NCBI GenBank assembly: GCA_964016885.1
Contig: OZ024743.1
Span: 139,624,001 to 139,688,000 of the forward strand
Source: Eledone cirrhosa
Taxonomy: Eukaryota
Length of the DNA: 64,000 nt
Direction: 5' to 3'
Shown in pieces: positions 44,101-58,800 of the stretch. A model generated the notes under the pieces. That model was not told where the DNA came from. It saw nothing but the letters and a program-made list of their open reading frames with translations, and did not search any database. The stretch's first letter is position 1. Every line of letters begins with the position of its first letter. The position numbers were made by a program, and so were the translations under genes.

Positions 44101-47100
44101 CAAACACCAAGCACCAAACACCAAGCACCAAACACCAAGCACCAAACACCAAACACCAAGCACCAAGCACCAAGCACCAAACACCAAGCACCAAACACCA
44201 AGTCCCACGAACCAAGCAGCAAACACCAAGCACCAAGCCCCAAGCACCAAACACCAAGCACCAAGCACCAAGCCCCTAGCACCAAACACCAAACACCAAG
44301 CACCAAGCACAAAACACCAAGCACCAATCACCAAGCACCAAACACCAAGCAGCAAGCAGCAAGCACCAAACACCAAACACCAAGCACCAAGCACCAAATA
44401 CCAAACACCAAGCACCAAGGACCAAACATCAAACACCAAGCACCAAGCACCAAACGCCTAACACCAAGCACCAAGCACCAAGCACCAAGCACCAAGCACC
44501 AAACACCAAGTACCAATCACCAAACACCAAGCACCAAGCACCAAACACCAAGCACCAGGCACCAAGCACCAAACACCAAGCACCAAGCACCAAACACCAA
44601 GCACCAAGACCGAAGCACCAAACACCAAGCACCAAGCACAAAACACCAAGCACCAAGCACCAAAAACCAAACACCAAGCACCAAGTACCAAACACCAAGC
44701 ACCAAGCACCAAACACCAAGCACCAAGCACCAATCACCAAACACCAAGAACCAAGCACCAAACACCAAGCACCAAGCACCAAGCACCAGGCACCAAGCAC
44801 CAAGCACCAAACACAAAACACCAAGCACCAAGCACCAAGCAGCAAACACCAAGCATCAAACACCAAACACCAAACACCAAGCACCAAACACCAAGCACCA
44901 AGCACCAAACACCAAACACCAAGCACCAAGCACCAAGCACCAAACACCAAACACCAAGCAACAAACACCAGATACCAAGCACCAAGCACCAAACACCAAA
45001 CACCAAGCACCAAGCACCAAACACCAAACACCAAGCACGCAGCATTAAACACCAAGCACCAAGCACCAAGCACCAAACACCAAGCACCAAGCACCAAACA
45101 CCAACCACCAAACACAAAGCACCAAGCATCAAACACCAAGCACCAAGCACCAAACACCAAGCACCAAGTACCAAACACCAAACCCCAAGCACCAAGCACC
45201 AAACACTAATCACCAAGCACCAAGCACCAAACAACAAGCACCAAGCACCAAGCACCAGGCACCAAGCACCAAGCACCAAACACTAATCACCAAGCACCAA
45301 GCACCAAACACCACGCACCAAGCACCAAGCACCAAACACCAAGCACCAAGCACCAAACACCAAACACCAAGATCCAAAGACCAAGCACCAAGCCCCAATC
45401 ACCAAGCATCAAAAAATAAGCACCAAGCACCAAACACCAAGCACCAAGCACCAAACACCAACCACCCAGCACCAAGCACCAAGCACCAAACACCAAGCAC
45501 CAAACACCAAACACCAAACACCAAGCACCAAGCACCAAGCGCCAAGCACCAAAACACCAAGCACCAAGCACTAAGCACCAAACACCAAGCCCCAAGCAGC
45601 AAGCACCAAACACCAAACACCAAGCACCAAGCACCAAACACCAAGCAGCAAGCACCAAGCACCTAGCACCAAACACCAAACACCAAGCACCAAGCACCAA
45701 ACACCAAGCACCAATCACCAAGCACCAAACACCAAGCAGCAAGCAGCAAGCACCAAACACCAAACACCAAGCACCAAGCACCAAACACCAAGCACCAAGG
45801 ACCAAACATCAAACACCAAGCACCAAGCACCAAACACCTAACACCAAGCACCAAGCACAAGCAACAAGCACCGAACACCAAGCACATAACACCAAGCACC
45901 AAACACCAAGCACCAAGCACCAAACACCAAGCACCAAACACCAAGCACCAAGCACCAAGCACCAAACACCAAGCACCAGGCACCAAGCACCAAACACCAA
46001 GCACCATGCACCAAGCACCAAGCCCCAAACACTTAACACCAAGCACCAAGCACCAAGCACCAAGCACCAAACACCAATCACCAAAAACCAAACACCAAGC
46101 ACCAAGTACCAAACACCAAGCACCAAGCACCAAACACCAAGCAGCAAGCACCAATCACCAAACACCAAGAACCAAGCACCAAACACCAAGCACCAAGCAC
46201 CAAGCACCAGGCACCAAGCACCAAGCACCAAACACAAAACACCAAGCACCAAGCACCAAGCAGCAAACACCAAGCATCAAACACCAAACACCAAACACCA
46301 AGCACCAAGCACCAAGCAGCAAACAGCAAGCATCAAACACCAAACACCAAACACCAAGCACCAAACTCCAAGCACCAAGCACCAAACACCAAACACCAAG
46401 CACCAAGCACCAAACACCAAACACCAAGCACCAAACACCAAACACCAAGCACCAAGCACCAAACACCAAACAACAAGCACCAAGCACCAAGCAAAAAACA
46501 CCAAACACCAAGCACGCAGCATCAAACACCAAGCACCAAGCACCAAGCACCAAACACCAAGCACCAAGCACCAAGCACTAAGTACCAAACACCAAACACC
46601 AAGCACCAATCACCAAACACCAAGCACCAAACACCAAACACCAAGCACTAAGCACCAAACACCAAACAACAAGCACCAGGCACCAAGCACCAAACACCAA
46701 ACACCAAGCACGCATCACCAAACACCAAGCACCAAGCACCAAGCACCGAACACCAAGCACCAAACACCAAGCACCAAACACCAAGCACCAAGCACCAAAC
46801 ACCAAGCACCAAACACCAAGCACCAAGCACCAAGCACCAAACACCAAGCACCAGGCACCAAGCACCAAAAACCAAGAACCATGCACCAAGCACCAAGCCC
46901 CAAACACTTAACACCAAACACCAAGCACCAAGCACCAAACACCAAGCACCAAACACCAAGCACCAAGCACCAAGCACCAAACACCAAGCACCAGGCACCA
47001 AGCACCAAACACCAAGCACCAAGCACCAAGCACCAAGCACCAAGCACCAAACACCAAGCACCAAACACCAAGCACCAAGCACCAAGCACCAAACACCAAG

Positions 47101-49850
47101 CACCAGGCACCAAGCACCAAACACCAAGCACCATGCACCAAGCACCAAGCCCCAAACACTTAACACCAAGCACCAAGCACCAAACACCAAGCACCAAACA
47201 CCAAACACCAAGCACCAAAAACCAAACACCAAGCACCAACTACTAAACACCAAGCACCAAGCACCAAACACCAAGCACCAAGCACCAAACACCAAACACC
47301 AAGAACCAAGCACCAAACACCAAGCACCAAGGACCAAGCACCAGGCACCAAGCACCAAGCACCAAACACAAAACACCAAGCACCAAGCACCAAGCAGCAA
47401 ACACCAAGCATCAAACACCAAACACCAAACATCAAGCACCAAACACCAAGCACCAAGCACCAAACACCAAACACCAAGCACCAAGCACCAAACAACAAGC
47501 ACCAGGCACCAAACACCAAACACCAAACACCAAGCACGCAGCATCAAACACCAAGCACCAAGCACCAAGCACCAAACACCAAGCACCAAGCACCAAGCAC
47601 CAAGCACCAAACACCAAACACCAAGCACCAAACACCAGCCACCATGCACCAAGCACCAAGCACCAAACACCAAACACCAAGCACTAAGCACCAAACACCA
47701 AACAACAAGCACCAAGCACCAAACACCAAACACCAAGCACGCATCACCAAGCACCAAGCACCAAGCACCAAACACCAAGCACCAAGCACCAAGCACCAAA
47801 CACCAAACACCAAACACCAAGCACCAAGAACCAAACACCAAACACCAAACAGCAAGCACCAAGCACCAAACACCAAGCACCAAACACCAAACCCCAAGCA
47901 CCAATCACAAAACACTAATCACCAAGCACCAAGCAACAAACACCGAGCACCAAGCATCAAGCACCAAACCCCAAGCACCAAAGACCAAGCACCAAGCACC
48001 AAGGACCAAACACCAAGCAGCAAGCAGCAAGCACCAAACACCAAACACCAAGCACCAAGCACCAAACACCAAGCACCAAGGACCAAACATCAAACACCAA
48101 GCACCAAGCACCAAACACCTAACACCAAGCACCAAGCACCAAGCACCAAGCACCGAACACCAAGCACATAACACCAAGCACCAAACACCAAGCACAAAGC
48201 ACCAAACACCAAGCACCAAACACCAAGCACCAAGCACCAAGCACCAAACACCAAGCACCATGCACCAAGCACCAAGCCCCAAACACTTAACACCAAGCAC
48301 CAAGCACCAAGCACCAAACACCAATCACCAAAAACCAAACACCAAGCACCAAGTACCAAACACCAAGCACCAAGCACCAAACACCAAGCACCAAGCACCA
48401 ATCACCAAACACCAAGAACCAAGCACCAAACACAAAGCACCAAGCACCAAGCACCAGGCACCAAGCACCAAGCACCAAACACAAAACACCAAGCACCAAG
48501 CACCAAGCAGCAAACACCAAGCATCAAACACCAAACACCAAACACCAAGCACCAAGCACCAAGCAGCAAACAGCAAGCATCAAACACCAAACACCAAACA
48601 CCAAGCACCAAACACCACGCACCAAGGACCAAACACCAAACACCAAGCACCAAACACCAAGCACCAAACACCAAGCTCCAAACACCAAGCACCAAACACC
48701 AAACACCAAGCACCAAGCACCAAGCACCAAACACCAACTACCAAACACCAAGCACCAAACACCAAGTCCCACGCACCAAGCAGCAAACACCAAGCACCAA
48801 GCCCCAAGCACCAATCACCAAGCACCAAACACCAAGCAGCAAGCAGCAAGCACCAAACACCAAACACCAAGCACCAAGCACCAAATACCAAACACCAAGC
48901 ACCAAGGACCAAACATCAAACACCAAGCACCAAGCACCAAACGCCTAACACCAAGCACCAAGCACCAAGCACCAAGCACCAAACACCAAGCACCAAACAC
49001 CAAACACCAAACACCAAGCACCAAGCACCAAGCGCCAAGCACCAAACACCAAGCACCAAGCACTAAGCACCAAACACCAAGCCCCAAGCAGCAAGCACCA
49101 AACACCAAACACCAAGCACCAAGCACCAAACACCAAGCACCAAGCACCAAGCACCTAGCACCAAACACCAAACACCAAGCACCAAGCACCAAACACCAAG
49201 CACCAATCACCAAGCACCAAACACCAAGCAGCAAGCAGTAAGCACCAAACACCAAACACCAAGCACCAAGCCCCAAACACCAAGCACCAAGGACCAAACA
49301 TCAAACACCAAGCACCAAGCACCAAACACCTAACACCAAGCACCAAGCACCAAGCACCAAGCACCGAACACCAAGCACCAAACACCAAGCACCAAACACC
49401 AAGCACCAAGCACCAAACACCAAGCACCAAACACCAAGCACCAAGCACCAAGCACCAAACACCAAGCACCAGGCACCAAGCACCAAACACCAAGAACCAT
49501 GCACCAAGCACCAAGCCCCAAACACTTAACACCAAACACCAAGCACCAAGCACCAAACACCAAGCACCAAACACCAAGCACCAAGCACCAAGCACCAAAC
49601 ACCAAGCACCAGGCACCAAGCACCAAACACCAAGCACCAAGCACCAAGCACCAAGCACCAAGCACCAAACACCAAGCACCAAACACCAAGCACCAAGCAC
49701 CAAGCACCAAACACCAAGCACCAGGCACCAAGCACCAAACACCAAGCACCATGCACCAAGCACCAAGCCCCAAACACTTAACACCAAGCACCAAGCACCA
49801 AACACCAAGCACCAAACACCAAACACCAAGCACCAAAAACCAAACACCAA
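32460..49850 (+). repeat. ~8.69-kb near-identical tandem duplication (copy 1 ~32460-41150, copy 2 ~41150-49850)
   Basis: Dozens of identical ORF pairs at offset 8688 (32545/41233, 33803/42491, 35741/44429), then 8695 (36968/45663, 37953/46648, 40831/49526). 8688 = 1241x7 + 1, from indels +1, +1, -1. The marker CACCTAG-CATCTAG occurs only at ~35102 and ~43790. Confidence 0.95.
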
Positions 49851-51200
49851 GCACCAACTACTAAACACCAAACACCAAGCACCAAACACCAAGCACCAAG
49901 CACCAAACACCAAACACCAAGAACCAAGCACCAAACACCAAGCACCAAGGACCAAGCACCAGGCACCAAGCACCAAGCACCAAACACAAAACACCAAGCA
50001 CCAAGCACCAAGCAGCAAACACCAAGCATCAAACACCAAACACCAAACATCAAGCACCAAACACCAAGCACCAAGCACCAAACACCAAACACCAAGCACC
50101 AAGCACCAAACAACAAGCACCAGGCACCAAACACCAAACACCAAACACCAAGCACGCAGCATCAAACACCAAGCACCAAGCACCAAGCACCAAACACCAA
50201 GCACCAAGCACCAAGCACCAAGCACCAAACACCAAACACCAAGCACCAAACACCAGCCACCATGCACCAAGCACCAAACACCAAACACCAAGCACTAAGC
50301 ACCAAACACCAAACAACAAGCACCAAGCACCAAACACCAAACACCAAGCACGCATCAGCAAGCACCAAGCACCAAGCACCAAACACCAAGCACCAAGCAC
50401 CAAGCACCAAACACCAAACACCAAACACCAAGCACCAAGAACCAAACACCAAACACCAAACAGCAAGCACCAAGCACCAAACACCAAGCACCAAACACCA
50501 AACCCCAAGCACCAATCACAAAACACTAATCACCAAGCACCAAGCAACAAACACCGAGCACCAAGCATCAAGCACCAAACACCAAGCACCAAGCACCAAA
50601 CACCAAACCCCAAGCACCAAAGACCAAGCACCAAGCACCAAGGACCAAACACCAAGCAGCAAGCAGCAAGCACCAAACACCAAACACCAAGCACCAAGCA
50701 CCAAACACCAAGCACCAAGGACCAAACATCAAACACCAAGCACCAAGCACCAAACACCTAACACCAAGCACCAAGCACCAAGCACCAAGCACCGAACACC
50801 AAGCACATAACACCAAGCACCAAACACCAAGCACCAAGCACCAAACACCAAGCACCAAACACCAAGCACCAAGCACCAAGCACCAAACACCAAGCACCAT
50901 GCACCAAGCACCAAGCCCCAAACACTTAACACCAAGCACCAAGCACCAAGCACCAAACACCAATCACCAAAAACCAAACACCAAGCACCAAGTACCAAAC
51001 ACCAAGCACCAAGCACCAAACACCAAGCACCAAGCACCAATCACCAAACACCAAGAACCAAGCACCAAACACCAAGCACCAAGCACCAAGCACCAGGCAC
51101 CAAGCACCAAGCACCAAACACAAAACACCAAGCACCAAGCACCAAGCAGCAAACACCAAGCATCAAACACCAAACACCAAACACCAAGCACCAAGCACCA
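38020..51200 (+). repeat. ~2.62-kb period duplications (38020-38530 vs 40640-41150; ~46715-48560 vs ~49330-51200)
   Basis: ORF starts 38186/40804, 46881/49499 and 47644/50262 (offset 2618 = 374x7) and 48260/50899 (2639 = 377x7). Shared markers are AACCATG, CACCAAC-TACTAAA and CACCAGC-CACCATG. Confidence 0.85.
38050..38500 (+). repeat. 252-bp (36-unit) local duplication, inherited by the copies near 40.8, 46.9 and 49.5 kb
   Basis: The CCATG...CCCCAAA-CACTTAA module has its ATG at 38186 and again at 38438 (offset 252 = 36x7). Confidence 0.82.
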
Positions 51201-54200
51201 AGCACCAAGCAGCAAACAGCAAGCATCAAACACCAAACACCAAACACCAAGCACCAAACACCAAGCACCAAGCACCAAACACCAAACACCAAGCACCAAG
51301 CACCAAGCACCAAACACCAAACACCAAGCACCAAACACCAAACACCAAGCACCAAGCACCAAACACCAAACAACAAGCACCAAGCACCAAGCAAAAAACA
51401 CCAAACACCAAGCACGCAGCATCAGACACCAAGCACCAAGCAGCAAGCACCAAACAACAAGCACCAAGCACCAAGCACCAAGTACCAAACACCAAACACC
51501 AAGCACCAAACACCAAACACCAAGCACCAATCACCAAGCACGAAACACCAGGCACCAAGCACCAAGCACCAAACACCAAACACCAAGCATCAAACACCAG
51601 CCACCAAGCACCAAGCACCAAACACCAAACACCAAGCACTAAGCACCAAACACCAAACAACAAGCACCAAGAACCAAACACCAAACACCAAACAGCAAGC
51701 ACCAAGCACCAAACACCAAGCACCAAACACCAAACCCCAAGCACCAATCACCAAACACTAATCACCAAGCACCAAGCACCAAACACCGAGCACCAAACAC
51801 CAAGCACCAAGCACCAAACACCAAACCCCAACCACCATAGACCAAGCACCAAGCACCAAGGAACAAACACCAAGCACCAAGCACCAAGCACCAAGCACCA
51901 AGCACCAAACACCCAGCACCAAGCACCAAGCATCAAACAACAAGCACCAAGCACCAAACACCAAACACCAAACACCAAACACCAAGCACTAAACAGCAAG
52001 CACCAAACACCAAACACCAAACAACAAACAGCAAACAGCAAACACCAAACACCAAACAGCAAACAGCAAACGCCAAACACCAAGCACCAAGCACCAAGCA
52101 CCAAACACCAAGCACCAAGCTCCAAGCACAAAACACCAAACACCAAGCACCAAGGACGAAACATCAAACACCAAGCACCAAGCACCAAACACCAAACACC
52201 AAGCACCAAACACCAAGCACCAAACACCAAGCTCCAAACACCAAGCACCAAACACCAAACACCAAGCACCAAGCACCAAGCACCAAACACCAACTACCAA
52301 ACACCAAGCACCAAACACCAAGTCCCACGCACCAAGCAGCAAACACCAAGCACCAAGCCCCAAGCACCAATCACCAAGCACCAAACACCAAGCAGCAAGC
52401 AGCAAGCACCAAACACCAAACACCAAGCACCAAGCACCAAATACCAAACACCAAGCACCAAGGACCAAACATCAAACACCAAGCACCAAGCACCAAACGC
52501 CTAACACCAAGCACCAAGCACCAAGCACCAATCACCAAACACCAAGCACCAATCACCAAACACCAAGCACCAAGCACCAAACACCAAGCACCAGGCACCA
52601 AGCACCAAACACCAAGCACCAAGCACCAAACACCAAGCACCAAGACCGAAGCACCAAACACCAAGCACCAAGCACAAAGCACCAAGCACCAAGCACCAAA
52701 AACCAAACACCAAGCACCAAGTACCAAACACCAAGCACCAAGCACCAAACACCAAGCACCAAGCACCAATCACCAAACACCAAGAACCAAGCACCAAATA
52801 CCAAGCACCAAGCACCAAGCACCAGGCACCAAGCACCAAGCACCAAACACAAAACACCAAGCACCAAGAACCAAGCAGCAAACACCAAGCATCAAACACC
52901 AAACACCAAACACCAAGCACCAAACACCAAGCACCAAGCACCAAACACCAAACACCAGATACCAAGCACCAAGCACCAAACACCAAACTCCAAGCACCAA
53001 GCACCAAACACCAAACAACAAGCACCAGGCACCAAACACCAAACACCAAGCACCAAGCACCAAACACCAAACACCAAGCACGCAGCATCAAACACCAAGC
53101 ACCAAGCACCAAGCACCAAATACCAAGCACCAAGCACCAAACACCAAGCACCAAACACCAGCCACCATGCACCAAGCACCAAACACCAAACACCAAGCAC
53201 TAAGCACCAAACACCAAACAACAAGCACCAAGCACCAAACACCAAACACCAAGCACGCATCACCAAGCACCAAGCACCAAGCACCAAACACCAAGCACCA
53301 AGCACCAAGCACCAAACACCAAACACCAAACACCAAGCACCAAGAACCAAACACCAAACACCAAACAGCAAGCACCAAGCACCAAACACCAAGGACCAAA
53401 CACCAAACCCCAAGCACCAATCACAAAACACTAATCACCAAGCACCAAGCAACAAACACCGAGCACCAAGCATCAAGCACCAAACACCAAGCACCAAGCA
53501 CCAAACACCAAAACCCAAGCACCAAAGACCAAGCACCAAGCACCAAGGACCAAACACCAAGCAGCAAGCAGCAAGCACCAAACACCAAACACCAAGCACC
53601 AAGCACCAAACACCAAGCACCAAGGACCAAACATCAAACACCAAGCACCAAGCACCAAACACCTAACACCAAGCACCAAGCACCAAGCACCAAGCACCGA
53701 ACACCAAGCACATAACACCAAGCACCAAACACCAAGCACCAAGCACCAAACACCAAGCACCAAACACCAAGCACCAAGCACCAAGCACCAAACACCAAGC
53801 ACCATGCACCAAGCACCAAGCCCCAAACACTTAACACCAAGCACCAAGCACCAAGCACCAAACACCAATCACCAAAAACCAAACACCAAGCACCAAGTAC
53901 CAAACACCAAGCACCAAGCACCAAACACCAAGCACCAAGCATCAATCACCAAACACCAAGAACCAAGCACCAAACACCAAGCACCAAGCACCAAGCACCA
54001 GGCACCAAGCACCAAGCACCAAGCACCAAACACCAAACACCAAGCACCAAGCACCAAACACCAAACAACAAGCACCAAGCACCAAGCAAAAAACACCAAA
54101 CACCAAGCACGCAGCATCAAACACCAAGCATCAAACACCAAACAACAAACACCAAGCACCAAGCACCAAGCACCAAGCAGCAAACAGCAAGCATCAAACA

Positions 54201-57200
54201 CCAAACACAAAACACCAAGCACCAAACACCAAGCACCAAGCACCAAACACCAAACACCAAGCACCAAGCACCAAGCACCAAACACCAAACACCAAGCACC
54301 AAACACCAAACACCAAGCACCAAGCACCAAACACCAAACAACAAGCACCAAGCACCAAGCAAAAAACACCAAACACCAAGCACGCAGCATCAAACACCAA
54401 GCACCAAGCAGCAAGCACCAAACAACAAGCACCAAGCACCAAGCACCAAGTACCAAACACCAAACACCAAGCACCAATCACCAAACACCAAGCACCAATC
54501 ACCAAGCACGAAACACCAGGCACCAAGCACCAAGCACCAAACACCAAACACCAAGCATCAAACACCAGCCACCAAGCACCAAGCACCAAACACCAAACAC
54601 CAAGCACTAAGCACCAAACACCAAACAACAAGCACCAGGCACCAAACACCAAACACCAAACACCAAGCACCAAGAACCAAACACCAAACACCAAACAGCA
54701 AGCACCAAGCACCAAACACCAAGCACCAAACACCAAGCACCAAACACCAAACCCCAAGCACCAATCACCAAACACTAATCACCAAGCACCAAGCACCAAA
54801 CACCGAGCACCAAACACCAAGCACCAAGCACCAAACACCAAACCCCAACCACCATAGACCAAGCACCAAGCACCAAGGAACAAACACCAAGCACCAAGCA
54901 CCAAGCACCAAGCACCAAGCACCAAACACCCAGCACCAAGCACCAAGCATCAAACAACAAGCACCAAGCACCAAACACCAAACACCAAACACCAAACACC
55001 AAGCACTAAACACCAAGCACCAAGCACCAAACACCTAACACCAAGCACCAAGCACCAAGCACCAAACACCAAACACCAAGCACCAAACACCAAACACCAA
55101 GCACCAAGCACCAAACACCAAACAACAAGCACCAAGCACCAAGCAAAAAACACCAAACACCAAGCACGCAGCATCAAACACCAAGCACCAAGCAGCAAGC
55201 ACCAAACAACAAGCACCAAGCACCAAGCACCAAGTACCAAACACCAAACACCAAGCACCAAACACCAAACACCAAGCACCAATCACCAAGCACGAAACAC
55301 CAGGCACCAAGCACCAAGCACCAAACACCAAACACCAAGCATCAAACACCAGCCACCAAGCACCAAGCACCAAACACCAAACACCAAGCACTAAGCACCA
55401 AACACCAAACAACAAGCACCAGGCACCAAACACCAAACACCAAACACCAAGCACCAAGACCGAAGCACCAAACACCAAGCACCAAGCACAAAGCACCAAG
55501 CACCAAGCACCAAGAACCAAACACCAAACACCAAACAGCAAGCACCAAGCACCAAACACCAAGCACCAAACACCAAACCCCAAGCACCAATCACCAAACA
55601 CTAATCACCAAGCACCAAGCACCAAACACCGAGCACCAAACACCAAGCACCAAGCACCAAACACCAAACCCCAACCACCATAGACCAAGCACCAAGCACC
55701 AAGGAACAAACACCAAGCACCAAGCACCAAGCACCAAGCACCAAGCACCAAACACCCAGCACCAAGCACCAAGCATCAAACAACAAGCACCAAGCACCAA
55801 ACACCAAACACCAAACACCAAACACCAAGCACTAAACAGCAAGCACCAAACACCAAACACCAAACAACAAACAGCAAACAGCAAACACCAAACACCAAAC
55901 AGCAAACAGCAAACGCCAAACACCAAGCACCAAGCACCAAGCACCAAACACCAAGCACCAAGCTCCAAGCACAAAACACCAAACACCAAGCACCAAGGAC
56001 CAAACATCAAACACCAAGCACCAAGCACCAAACACCAAGCACCAAACACCAAGCTCCAAACACCAAGCACCAAACACCAAACACCAAGCACCAAGCACCA
56101 AGCACCAAACACCAACTACCAAACACCAAGCACCAAACACCAAGTCCCACGCACCAAGCAGCAAACACCAAGCACCAAGCCCCAAGCACCAATCACCAAG
56201 CACCAAACACCAAGCAGCAAGCAGCAAGCACCAAACACCAAACACCAAGCACCAAGCACCAAATACCAAACACCAAGCACCAAGGACCAAACATCAAACA
56301 CCAAGCACCAAGCACCAAACGCCTAACACCAAGCACCAAGCACCAAGCACCAATCACCAAACACCAAGCACCAATCACCAAACACCAAGCACCAAGCACC
56401 AAACACCAAGCACCAGGCACCAAGCACCAAACACCAAGCACCAAGCACCAAACACCAAGCACCAAGACCGAAGCACCAAACACCAAGCACCAAGCACAAA
56501 GCACCAAGCACCAAGCACCAAAAACCAAACACCAAGCACCAAGTACCAAACACCAAGCACCAAGCACCAAACACCAAGCACCAAGCACCAATCACCAAAC
56601 ACCAAGAACCAAGCACCAAATACCAAGCACCAAGCACCAAGCACCAGGCACCAAGCACCAAGCACCAAACACAAAACACCAAGCACCAAGAACCAAGCAG
56701 CAAACACCAAGCATCAAACACCAAACACCAAACACCAAGCACCAAACACCAAGCACCATGCACCAAACACCAAACACCAAGCACCAAGCACCAAGCACCA
56801 AACACCAAACACCAAGCACCAAACACCAGATACCAAGCACCAAGCACCAAACACCAAACAACAAGCACCAGGCACCAAACACCAAACACCAAGCACCAAG
56901 CACCAAACACCAAACACCAAGCACGCAGCATCAAACACCAAGCACCAAGCACCAAGCACCAAATACCAAGCACCAAGCACCAAACACCAACCACCAAACA
57001 CAAAGCACCAAGCACCAAGCACCAAGCACCAGACACCAAACACCAAGCACCAAACACCAGCCACCACGCACCAAGCACCAAACACCAAACACCAAGCACT
57101 AAGCACCAAACACCAAACAACAAGCACCAAGCACCAAACACCAAACACCAAGCACGCATCACCAAGCACCAAGCACCAAGCACCAAACACCAAGCACCAA

Positions 57201-58800
57201 GCACCAAGCACCAAACACCAAACACCAAACACCAAGCACCAAGAACCAAACACCAAACACCAAACAGCAAGCACCAAGCACCAAACACCAAGGACCAAAC
57301 ACCAAACCCCAAGCACCAATCACAAAACACTAATCACCAAGCACCAAGCAACAAACACCGAGCACCAAGCATCAAGCACCAAACACCAAGCCCCAAGCAC
57401 CAAACACCAAAACCCAAGCACCAAAGACCAAGCACCAAGCACCAAGGACCAAACACCAAGCAGCAAGCAGCAAGCACCAAACACCAAACACCAAGCACCA
57501 AGCACCAAACACCAAGCACCAAGGACCAAACATCAAACACCAAGCACCAAGCACCAAACACCTAACACCAAGCACCAAGCACCAAGCACCAAGCACCGAA
57601 CACCAAGCACATAACACCAAGCACCAAACACCAATCACCAAGCACCAAACACCAAGCACCAAACACCAAGCACCAAGCACCAAGCACCAAACACCAAGCA
57701 CCATGCACCAAGCACCAAGCCCCAAACACTTAACACCAAGCACCAAGCACCAAGCACCAAACACCAATCACCAAAAACCAAACACCAAGCACCAAGTACC
57801 AAACACCAAGCACCAAGCACCAAACACCAACCACCAAACACAAAGCACCAAGCACCAAGCACCAAGCACCAAACACCAAACACCAAGCACCAAACACCAG
57901 CCACCATGCACCAAGCACCAAACACCAAACACCAAGCACTAAGCACCAAACACCAAACAACAAGCACCAAGCACCAAACACCAAACACCAAGCACGCATC
58001 ACCAAGCACCAAGCACCAAGCACCAAACACCAAGCACCAAGCACCAAGCACCAAACACCAAACACCAAACACCAAGCACCAAGAACCAAACACCAAACAC
58101 CAAACAGCAAGCACCAAGCACCAAACACCAAGGACCAAACACCAAACCCCAAGCACCAATCACAAAACACTAATCACCAAGCACCAAGCAACAAACACCG
58201 AGCACCAAGCATCAAGCACCAAACACCAAGCACCAAGCACCAAACACCAAAACCCAAGCACCAAAGACCAAGCACCAAGCACCAAGGACCAAACACCAAG
58301 CAGCAAGCAGCAAGCACCAAACACCAAACACCAAGCACCAAGCACCAAACACCAAGCACCAAGGACCAAACATCAAACACCAAGCACCAAGCACCAAACA
58401 CCTAACACCAAGCACCAAGAACCAAGCACCAAGCACCGAACACCAAGCACATAACACCAAGCACCAAACACCAAGCACCAAGCACCAAACACCAAGCACC
58501 AAACACCAAGCACCAAGCACCAAGCACCAAACACCAAGCACCATGCACCAAGCACCAAGCCCCAAACACTTAACACCAAGCACCAAGCACCAAGCACCAA
58601 ACACCAATCACCAAAAACCAAACACCAAGTACCAAGTACCAAACACCAAGCACCAAGCACCAAACACCAACCACCAAACACAAAGCACCAAGCACCAAGC
58701 ACCAAGCACCAAGCACCATACACCAAACACCAAGCACCAAACACCAGCCACCATGCACCAAGCACCAAACACCAAACACCAAGCACTAAGCACCAAACAC
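50150..58800 (+). repeat. Overlapping 2.9-kb, 3.8-3.9-kb, 826-bp and 840-bp duplications
   Basis: ORF pairs 50516/53421 (2905 = 415x7), 51758/55601 (3843 = 549x7), 52294/56116 (3822 = 546x7), 53421/57320 (3899 = 557x7), 54775/55601 (826 = 118x7) and 57320/58160 (840 = 120x7). Confidence 0.87.
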
